Below, one piece after another: positions 56,339 to 64,000 of a stretch of DNA of 64,000 nucleotides. Below the pieces are notes generated by a model. The model saw only the letters and a program-made list of their open reading frames with translations, was not told the DNA's origin and did no database searches. The first letter of the stretch is position 1. Every line of letters starts with the position of its first letter. This DNA comes from Planctomycetota bacterium (lineage in GTDB: Bacteria > Planctomycetota > GCA-002687715 > CAIWVZ01). Location: positions 416,001 through 480,000 of the forward strand of contig JBGANV010000003.1 of assembly GCA_044222185.1 (NCBI GenBank), written 5' to 3'. The position numbers and the translations under genes were made by a program.

Positions 56339-59300
56339 GTGACAAAGCCCCAATCTGTCGGGTCCATGGCCTCGGTCCGCCATCGGCTCGCGACGTCGAC
56401 ATGCCTCGTCCTCCTCGCCTCGCTATCGGCCACGCTGCCTGCGCAAGCGCCGATCGCGCCGGGCCACGTCGTCGCTCTCCGCCTCGGTGACGGCGCCGCC
56501 GCACTCGGCTCGGCCGCCGCCGCCGTGTTCCTCGATGAATACACCGCGGCGGGCTCGCTCGTCCAGACGATCGCGCTGCCGACGTCGGCAGCGGATGCCA
56601 TCACGAACTCCGGCACGGCGACGTCCGAGGGGTTCCTCAATCTCTCCTCGAACGGTCAGTTCCTGGTCCACGCCGGATACCGGGCGATCCCGGGAACCGC
56701 GAGTGTCGTCACCAGCGCTGCGGCGCGAGTCATCTCACGAGTCGCGTTGAGCGGCGGCATCGACACGACGACGGCACTCACCGACGCGTACCTCGCGAGC
56801 AGCGTTCGCAGCGTCGCGACGGTCGATGGGACGCAGTTCTGGGTCGGCGGTACGGGGAGCCCGACGACGAGCGCCGGCGTGCGTTTCGTCTCCGGCGTGG
56901 GCCAGTCCACGTCGACGCAGCTCAGCTCGACCGTCACCAACAATCGCGTCGTGAACATCTTCAACGGCCAGCTCTACACGGGGAGCGCGTCAGGTGCGTT
57001 CCTCGGCGTGTCGACGGTCGGCACGGGCCTTCCCACGACGAGTGGCCAGGTCACGACGTTGCTCCCTGGATTCTCCGCAGTCACCGGCAACTCGACGTAC
57101 GACTACTTCTTCGCAGACAACTCCACTCTGTACGTCGCGGATGACCGGACGACGACCGCTGGCGGGATCCAGAAGTGGGTCCTCTCGTCGGGCACGTGGA
57201 CGCTCCAATACACGTTGAACCCCGCGACGGGAGTCGGGTGCCGCGGCCTGTCTGGCGTGGTCAACGGCGGAACGACCACGTTGTACGCGACGACCACGCA
57301 GGCCACCGGAAACGCTCTCGTGTCCGTCACGGACGCGGGACCTGGCGCCGCGTCACCGTTCACGACGGTCGCGAATGCGGGAACGAACCGGATCTTCCGC
57401 GGGGTGCGCTTCATCCCGGTCAGCTGCACGGCTGCGCAGATCGCCAGCGGCGGCGACCCCGTACCGGCGACCGTGTGCGCAGGCGCGCCGGCGTCGTTCA
57501 CCGTGAGCGCGACGGGCACGCCGACGATCGCTTTCCAGTGGCGCAAGAACCTGAACCCGATCTCGGGCGCCACGACGGCGACGTTCACCATTCCCATCGT
57601 GACCGTCGGGGACGGCGGGTCGTATGACTGCATGGTGACGAACGGCTGCGGATCGGCGACGAGTGCGGCCGCGACCCTCACGGTCGATACGGCGCCGACC
57701 ATCGACACGCCGCCAGCTTCCGTCAGCGCCTGCGAGGGCACGCCCGCGTCGTTCACCGTTTCCGCTACCGGCACGGCGCCGCTCACCTTCCAGTGGCGCA
57801 AGAACGGCAACCCGATCGGCGGAGCGACGCTCGCGACGTTCTCCATCGGGTCGGTGACGAACGGCGACGCCGACACCTACGACTGCGTCGTCACGAACGG
57901 GTGCGGATCGGCCACGAGCGCCGGTGCGACTCTGGACGTGACGGCACCGCCGGCGCCGTCCGCGCCCGCGCCCGTGGTGACGTGCGAGGGCCTCGGAGCG
58001 TCGTTCGATGCGACGGCGACCGGGACGGGCCCGATCACCTACCAGTGGCGGAAGGACACGAACCCGATCTCTGGCGCCACCTCCCCCACGTTCGTCATCG
58101 GATCGGTGACGACCTTCGATGCGGGCGCGTACGACTGCGTCGTGTCGAACGGCTGCGGTTCGGTCACGAGCACGACCGCGACCCTGACCGTGGACGTCGC
58201 GCCGTCCGTGACGTCGCCGCGATCGCCCGTCACCACCTGCGAAGGAACGACCGCGACGTTCAGCGTCTCCGCCTCGGGCACCGCACCCCTGAGCTACCAG
58301 TGGCGAAAGGACGGCAACCCCATCGGCGGCGCCACGCTCGCCACGTTCTCCATCCCGGCCGTCATCGCCGCGGACGCGGGTTCCTACGACTGCGTCGTCA
58401 CCAACGGTTGCGGGTCGGCCACGAGCAGCGCCGCGTCACTCTCCGTCGACCTGGCGCCGGTCGTCGACACGTCGCCCACGGGCACGGTCGTCACTGCCGG
58501 GATGCCGTTCTCACTGTCCGTCTCCGCGTCTGGCACCGCACCGCTCACGTACCAGTGGCGAAAGGACTCGAACGCGATCTCGGGAGCCACTCTCGCCACG
58601 TTCACGGTGAACGCCGCCGCCTTCGCGGACGCTGGATCCTATGACTGCGTCGTGACGAACGGGTGTGGGCAGGCCACGTCGAACGCCGCGGCCGTCACCG
58701 TCGTCCCGGCCAACGACCTGTGCACCACCGCCGCGCCGGTCACGGTCGGGCTCGTGATCGGCGACAACGGCACGGCAACCACCGAGCCGGGCCTGCCGCT
58801 CTTCTGCGCGCCTGCATCGCGCGACGTCTGGTACTCGTTCACCAACTCGACGTCCTGCGCGAGCGAGCTCACGCTGTCGCTGTGCGCGGCGGATGGTGCG
58901 GGCGCGTCCTTCCCCGCCGTCCTCGGAGCGTTCACGGGCGGATGCGGGTCACTCGTCCTCGCGGCTTGCGATGCCGGCTCGTGCGGCACCGCGCCGAGCG
59001 CGGCCGGCGGCGTCCCTGGCGGAGTCCCGCGCCTCACGCTGACGGCACCGGCCGGCGTCACATACCTGATCTCCGTGAGTGCGCTCGGCTTCGCTCCAGG
59101 CGGGTCGTTCACGCTGGCCGTCATCACGCACTCGGCCGTGAGCGAAACCTACGGCACGTCGTGCGACGCGTCCGCCGGTACGTTGAATGGCACCCTGCCG
59201 ATCCTCGGACAGGTCGGATGCCTGTCGATCAACGGCGCGGCGCCCGATGCTCCCGGCCTGCTGCTCTTCAGCGGACCGACGGCCCCGCCGTACGCGCCCT

Positions 59301-59506
59301 TCGGGTCGTGCAGCATCTATCTGGCGCCGGCAGGCATCGGCATCTTCCTCGGAATCACGACCGACGCGCTCGGCTCCTGGTCGTTCTGCTCGACGATCCC
59401 CAACGATCCGCTCCTCCAATGCGCCGACGTTCGATTCCAGGCGTTTCTCTTCACGCCGACGGGATTCTCGCTGACGAACGGTTTGCGATTGACGCTGGGT
59501 ACGTGA
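56339..59506 (+). CDS. Secreted adhesin-like protein: N-terminal propeller, five Ig (I-set-like) repeats, PANDxC domain, C-terminal lineage-specific module
   Basis: Signal peptide LPA|Q. Five repeats of F.V.A.GT.PL.YQWRK.G.PI.GAT..TF.I..V...DAG.YDCVVTNGCG..TS. PANDLC...DVWYSF. Start is GTG 56339 or ATG 56366. Confidence 0.92.
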   Translation: MTKPQSVGSMASVRHRLATSTCLVLLASLSATLPAQAPIAPGHVVALRLGDGAAALGSAAAAVFLDEYTAAGSLVQTIALPTSAADAITNSGTATSEGFLNLSSNGQFLVHAGYRAIPGTASVVTSAAARVISRVALSGGIDTTTALTDAYLASSVRSVATVDGTQFWVGGTGSPTTSAGVRFVSGVGQSTSTQLSSTVTNNRVVNIFNGQLYTGSASGAFLGVSTVGTGLPTTSGQVTTLLPGFSAVTGNSTYDYFFADNSTLYVADDRTTTAGGIQKWVLSSGTWTLQYTLNPATGVGCRGLSGVVNGGTTTLYATTTQATGNALVSVTDAGPGAASPFTTVANAGTNRIFRGVRFIPVSCTAAQIASGGDPVPATVCAGAPASFTVSATGTPTIAFQWRKNLNPISGATTATFTIPIVTVGDGGSYDCMVTNGCGSATSAAATLTVDTAPTIDTPPASVSACEGTPASFTVSATGTAPLTFQWRKNGNPIGGATLATFSIGSVTNGDADTYDCVVTNGCGSATSAGATLDVTAPPAPSAPAPVVTCEGLGASFDATATGTGPITYQWRKDTNPISGATSPTFVIGSVTTFDAGAYDCVVSNGCGSVTSTTATLTVDVAPSVTSPRSPVTTCEGTTATFSVSASGTAPLSYQWRKDGNPIGGATLATFSIPAVIAADAGSYDCVVTNGCGSATSSAASLSVDLAPVVDTSPTGTVVTAGMPFSLSVSASGTAPLTYQWRKDSNAISGATLATFTVNAAAFADAGSYDCVVTNGCGQATSNAAAVTVVPANDLCTTAAPVTVGLVIGDNGTATTEPGLPLFCAPASRDVWYSFTNSTSCASELTLSLCAADGAGASFPAVLGAFTGGCGSLVLAACDAGSCGTAPSAAGGVPGGVPRLTLTAPAGVTYLISVSALGFAPGGSFTLAVITHSAVSETYGTSCDASAGTLNGTLPILGQVGCLSINGAAPDAPGLLLFSGPTAPPYAPFGSCSIYLAPAGIGIFLGITTDALGSWSFCSTIPNDPLLQCADVRFQAFLFTPTGFSLTNGLRLTLGT

Positions 59507-59599
59507 TCGAGCACGCGGGTCGCGGTGCCGGACGCCGGCACCGCGACCGCTTTCACGAGAGCGCACTCCGCGTCTCCGCGATGGCCCGTCGACGCGCGG

Positions 59600-60635
59600 T
59601 CACCGCGCAGCGCGAAATGCGCGCTCGAACCCGGCCTTGCACGCGGCGCAGAGTACGTCGGACTCCGCGTCAGGCTCCTCCAGGCTGATGCAGAACGCTC
59701 GGGCGCACCCGGGATCCGTGCACCGCTCCACACCGAAGACGTGTCCGGCGCTTGCGAGCGCCTGCTTCAGCACTCGCGTCGTGAGGCGCGACCGCAGCGG
59801 CGTCTCGCCGAAGAACTCCGCCCTGTACCTCGCATAGGAGAACACGCCGAGGTCGCCCTCGGCCTGACCGAACAGGTAGTTGTGATCGTCGGCGTAGATG
59901 TCGAGTCTCGTCACCGCGAGATACGCCACGCCTTTCTTGCGGAACTGCTCGAGGCGCGTCTTCAACTGCTCTCGGATGAGGGCCGCGTCCCATTGCTGGC
60001 GCAGTGTCGCCAGACGGATCGATGCGTCGAATGCAGCGACGGCGACGGGGCCGCCAGTCTCCGCGCGGAGCCACCGCTCGACGGCCAGCAGGTTCTGGTC
60101 GGCGGCCAGCTCACCCGTCGAGAGTCCGATCTTCGCGAGCGCGCGCTTGACTTCTGGAGATTCGACGCGCTTCATCAGCGCGGTACGCATCCGCCGGAGC
60201 GTCTCCCCGAGCGCGTCGCGTCCGGGCTGCCCCATCTCGAACTCGAGCTGACGAACGCGCCGGGATACCCAGTGTCTTCGAGAGCGTTTGGGCGAGTTCG
60301 ACGATCAGCAGCGGATCGAAATCCCCGATGGGCAGCAGAACGAGCGCTGGCGTGGTCTCCGGCGCCATCTCCAGTCGCACCGGACGTGTTTCCGGCGTCG
60401 GCGTCCCGATCACGGCACGCGCGCGGAGCACGAGCGCGTCGTCCTCGCAGAGCGTCTCGACGACGCGGTCGCGCGCCTGCACGACGTCGAGCGCGAGAAC
60501 CTCGTCCGCCGACTTCTTCAGCTTTCCAGGGTCACCGTCCTGAGTCACCGCGACCGCACAGAGGATCGCGCACGCAAGAGCGACTTTGACCGTGATCGGT
60601 GCGCACTCACGCGAGGCATGGACGGTCGGGGACAT
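59600..60635 (-). pseudogene. Secreted archaemetzincin (M54)-like protein, catalytically degenerate, frameshifted near 60258
   Basis: ATG 60635 after GAGGAGG, signal peptide and LVLLPIGDFD lie in one frame. QQWDA, AVTRLDIY..NYLFGQA, FSYAR and the Cys4 motif (RC...GC...LC..C) lie in the 59600..60235 frame. Confidence 0.78.
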
Positions 60636-61010
60636 CGAACCCTCCTCTCGAACGGCCGCGGCGCTCCGCTGCGGCCAGCGTCTTTTCCGGAGCCGTCGCG
60701 ACCGGCGAGGTCTCCGTCGAGCTGCGACGTTCCAGGACCGCGGGATTGTAGTCGATCGCGTCGCCGTCGTGTGTTGCTCCGCCGAAAGGCGCACGCCCGC
60801 CATGGCGCGTGCGCCGCAGTGTCCGAGGCCGCAAGCCGGGGCGGTCCGACGAACGCGGCAGCAGACGGGGACGATCGCACGACGTCGAATCGGCGGCGGA
60901 GCGGGGCGTCGATCCCCGAACCTTCGTTGCAACGCCGTGTGTTGGACGCGGTGAGTCGTCGGACAGGATCGCCGCTTCCCTCCCAGCCGCTGCCGGCCAC
61001 GCGGCCCAAT

Positions 61011-61030
61011 ACTTAGGCCTTGACCTAAGT
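61011..61030. promoter_or_regulatory. Palindromic operator, probable ArsR autoregulation site
   Basis: ACTTAGG-N6-CCTAAGT perfect inverted repeat in an AT-rich patch, 46 nt upstream of the ArsR gene. Confidence 0.75.
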
Positions 61031-61076
61031 GTTCGACTTGGCACAATCGAAGCGCCCCGAGCCCGCGACGACGCCC

Positions 61077-61415
61077 ATGACGACCGCCACCGACACGATG
61101 GACGACATCTTCCGCGCCCTTGCGGACTCGACGCGTCGCCGGGTCGTCGCGCGGCTTTGTCGAAGTCCGGCGACCGTCAGCGAGCTTGCCGAGCCTTTCG
61201 ACATGGCCCTCCCGTCGTTCTCCCAGCACCTCGGCGTACTCGAGGACTGCGGGTTGGTGCAATCGCGCAAGGAGGGCCGGGTGCGGACCTACGAGATCGT
61301 CCCGAAGCGGCTCAAGGTGGCTGAGGATTGGCTCCTCCAGCAACGAAGCCTGTGGGAACGCCGGTTGGACCAGCTCGACGACTACCTGTTGAAGCTCAAG
61401 AAGGAGCGCAAATGA
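61077..61415 (+). CDS. ArsR/SmtB family transcriptional regulator
   Basis: [44 protein letters not shown] and WE.RLDQLD.YL. Start is 61077 or 61098. Confidence 0.95.
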   Translation: MTTATDTMDDIFRALADSTRRRVVARLCRSPATVSELAEPFDMALPSFSQHLGVLEDCGLVQSRKEGRVRTYEIVPKRLKVAEDWLLQQRSLWERRLDQLDDYLLKLKKERK

Positions 61416-61897
61416 GTTTGCCTCGTGGATTCAAACCTGATCCGAAGCTCGACCTCGTACTCGAACGGACCGTCGACGTACCGCGCGACCTGGTGTGGGC
61501 AGCATGGACGCAACCGGAGCACCTGAAGAAGTGGTTCTGCCCGGTTCCGTGGCGCGTCGTCGAATGTGAGATCGACCTGAGGCCCGGCGGAATGTTCCGA
61601 ACGGTGATGCGCGGACCGGAGGGTCAGGAGTTCCCGGGCAACGGCTGCTATCTCGAAGTCGTTCCGATGGAGCGACTCATCTGGACCGATGCGCTCCTCC
61701 CCGGGTATCGCCCGGCACCAGAGCCCTTCTTCACCGGCATGCTCAGCCTCGAGTCGGTCGGAGCCGCCACGCGGTACACGGCGATCGCGATCCACCGCGA
61801 CACGGAGACCCGCGACAAGCACGAGAAGATGGGGTTCCACGACGGCTGGGGCAAGGCGCTCGATCAGCTCGTCGCCATGGCGAAGACGATGCGATGA
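61412..61897 (+). CDS. SRPBCC/AHSA1-like domain protein
   Basis: ATGA overlap with the ArsR stop. [29 protein letters not shown] and HE.MGF..GWG.ALDQL. Confidence 0.95.
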   Translation: MSLPRGFKPDPKLDLVLERTVDVPRDLVWAAWTQPEHLKKWFCPVPWRVVECEIDLRPGGMFRTVMRGPEGQEFPGNGCYLEVVPMERLIWTDALLPGYRPAPEPFFTGMLSLESVGAATRYTAIAIHRDTETRDKHEKMGFHDGWGKALDQLVAMAKTMR

Positions 61898-61934
61898 CGC
61901 GACGGGAGATCGGCGCCAGCGGGGCCATGACGGC

Positions 61935-62768
61935 TCAGTCGACGCCGATCCCCCACCCGGTCCCGCGACAGCTCGTGCACGGGCTCGCGTCCTGGTTCGT
62001 GCCCGCGCCGGCGCACGCCGCGCACGCTCCGGCGCCCGCAGGCCGATCCGGCCACAGCGCCAACAGATCCATGTGACGCTCCGCGGCCCTCATGAGCGCA
62101 GAGTCGCGAAGCGCACCCGACACGCCTTGCACCGCGCCGCTTTGGACGTCGAGGCGAATCACGGACGCGTCCCGCATCAGGACGAGGGGACCGTCGATGC
62201 CGAGCTCGATCGGCACGCCGCCCGTCGCGCGTGCCGCCGCAGCCCCGAATGAAGGCCCCCGCGCAGCCTCTCGCGACAATCGCTCGATCGCCGGCACGAG
62301 GCGCACGTGATCCCGAGCCGAGCGGACCCACGGGAACTCAGCGACCACGAGATCAGGCCGCCCCAACGCGACCAGCGCGGCGCGCGCCGCCCGCTTCCCC
62401 ATCACGTGCCGCCCGTGCCCGCGTTGAGCGACCCGCATGGCCGACGACACGCGATCATCGGCGACGCCGATCCGGCCGAGAGCCTTCGCGACGTGGCGCG
62501 CGATCCAAGGCTCGCGAGCGAGTCCGAGCGACGATCGCGCCAGCTGGTGAGCCACGGAGACATCGCCACGGCAAACTGCACCGATCACGTCCAGAGCCAC
62601 TTTGCGTGCAGGGCCCGACGGCTCCGCCGCGACCATCAGGAGCTCGCGCAGCTCCGCCGCCGCCGGTTGCACCCCGCGTCTTGCGATGGCGACGAGGTGA
62701 CGCGCCCGCTCTTCCTCGACCGCGCGATCGTCGCCAGGCCCATGATGGCGTCGCTCGAGCCTCGTCAC
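61935..62768 (-). CDS. HEAT-repeat-like protein with C-terminal CxxC...CxxC zinc finger
   Basis: Coupled to the upstream stop codon. Helical ALDVIG / AKALGRIG / AALVALG motifs. CAACAGAG...CTSCRGTG. Confidence 0.6.
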   Translation of the reverse strand: MTRLERRHHGPGDDRAVEEERARHLVAIARRGVQPAAAELRELLMVAAEPSGPARKVALDVIGAVCRGDVSVAHQLARSSLGLAREPWIARHVAKALGRIGVADDRVSSAMRVAQRGHGRHVMGKRAARAALVALGRPDLVVAEFPWVRSARDHVRLVPAIERLSREAARGPSFGAAAARATGGVPIELGIDGPLVLMRDASVIRLDVQSGAVQGVSGALRDSALMRAAERHMDLLALWPDRPAGAGACAACAGAGTNQDASPCTSCRGTGWGIGVD

Positions 62769-64000
62769 GCTCGTTGCGCGGCATCTGCGCCGCGCGGCGC
62801 TTCGGGGGCCGCCGGGTCGCCTCCGCCACGACTCCTTCGCGGATACCCGATGTGTCGATCACTGATCCGCCCTTCCACGGCGAAGGCCTTCGCCAGCTCG
62901 TGGTATTGCGAATCCCGCATCCGCAGGATCGCCATGCCGAAACCCGTGAGGTTCGGAGCGCTGTTCGAGCGGATCGAAACGGAGAGCGTGTAATCCCCTG
63001 GCTCGGTCACGACGGTGTGCCACCAGTGATTGGGAACGCGGAGCAGGTCACCGTCGCGGATGACGACGCGAACCAACGGAACGTGGAGATACCCCTCGAA
63101 TCCCCGTTGCCGTTGCACGTCGTCCGACTCGCGGATGTCGATGTTGCTGCCGAAGTAGTTCGTGGTGGTCTTCACCCGCGGTCGCATGGCCGCGGTGTAA
63201 TCGGGATGGGCAAGCGTCCAGGTCTTCACCCCGTGATTCAGCGCGACGAAGTTGTCACCGGGTTCAGCATGCCAGAGCGAATATGCGGAGCCCGGCTGAA
63301 GCAGGAGCTGCGCGCCCGTCACCAGCCCGACGAACAACCGCGAGCGTCTCCAGTGGTGCTTGTTGTCCGACCAGCCCGTCAGCCGTTCGAAATACGGAAT
63401 GTCGAGGTCGTTCCGCAGGCGCGCGCCGTCATGATGCATCACGTCCTCGGCGACGGAGACGCGCATGTGGCCGCCGTGCCGGATCGAATCGACGACCTCC
63501 GAGAGCGTTCCACGCCGGAAGTCGTAGTAATTGGAGGCTTTCGTCGGCAGGCTCGTGTCCTCGGACGGTCGGTCGGCCGCGGCGTTGATCGGCACTTCGC
63601 AGGAGCCGGCAACCGCGGTCAGGTGATCGAGCGTCCACTTCGCCATCGGGAGGACTCGTGCACCGCCGCGAATGACGAAGGGCACGTTCATCCCCATCAG
63701 GAGGCGGATCTCGGCGATGCCGAGCTCTCCCTGCTGAAACGACGGCACGTCGATCGGCTCGGGCTTGAGTGGCGCCCGATGAAGATCCCGGTTGATCGCC
63801 TCGCAAGCCCGGTCGTAGCCGCGCTTGAAGAAGCCGTCCTCGTATTGGGCGTCGCGTGTCGGCGAGTACTTCATCACGCCTCGGCGAGCGAGGCCGATGT
63901 AGTGGAACCAATAGACGAGGCGATGCCGCAATGGGACCCGAACGGACGTCGCCGCGCGCAGGAAGTCCTCGCCGATGGAACGAACCCGCCGGGCCGGAAC
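62765..64000 (-). CDS. JmjC/cupin-8 family 2-oxoglutarate-Fe(II) oxygenase (5' end probably beyond the window)
   Basis: Frame is open to base 64000. PFVIRG, HAE (HxD/E), GVKTW and GDLLRVPNHWWHTV. Confidence 0.88.
   Translation of the reverse strand, partial: VPARRVRSIGEDFLRAATSVRVPLRHRLVYWFHYIGLARRGVMKYSPTRDAQYEDGFFKRGYDRACEAINRDLHRAPLKPEPIDVPSFQQGELGIAEIRLLMGMNVPFVIRGGARVLPMAKWTLDHLTAVAGSCEVPINAAADRPSEDTSLPTKASNYYDFRRGTLSEVVDSIRHGGHMRVSVAEDVMHHDGARLRNDLDIPYFERLTGWSDNKHHWRRSRLFVGLVTGAQLLLQPGSAYSLWHAEPGDNFVALNHGVKTWTLAHPDYTAAMRPRVKTTTNYFGSNIDIRESDDVQRQRGFEGYLHVPLVRVVIRDGDLLRVPNHWWHTVVTEPGDYTLSVSIRSNSAPNLTGFGMAILRMRDSQYHELAKAFAVEGRISDRHIGYPRRSRGGGDPAAPEAPRGADAAQRA

Overview
High-GC bacterial DNA with about 38 protein-coding genes. 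I found no rRNA, tRNA, CRISPR array, transposase or integrase. The gene content looks most like an uncultured Planctomycetota lineage (inference): a membrane-anchored ECF sigma factor, two ECF factors paired with Hanks-type Ser/Thr kinases (four kinases in total), and many large secreted repeat proteins. Main blocks: (i) a glycan-degradation trio of GH172, GH116 and a GtaA/DUF4965 protein (8.1-15.3 kb); (ii) two cassettes of ECF sigma + transmembrane Ser/Thr kinase + secreted repeat proteins (15.4-25.3 kb and 42-53.4 kb); (iii) small detox/regulatory genes (AraC-VOC, DoxX, SRPBCC, ArsR-SRPBCC); (iv) secreted hydrolases (S9, M60, serine hydrolase, a catalytically degenerate archaemetzincin). 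The best candidate for an undescribed system is a pair of roughly 110-130 aa modules. They recur at the ends of unrelated secreted passengers, as protein-sorting or anchoring domains do, and these genes sit next to the ECF-kinase cassettes. Also notable: almost every predicted signal peptide is followed by Gln, several genes look leaderless, and three genes are frameshifted. All family calls come from recognising motifs by eye, not from database searches.
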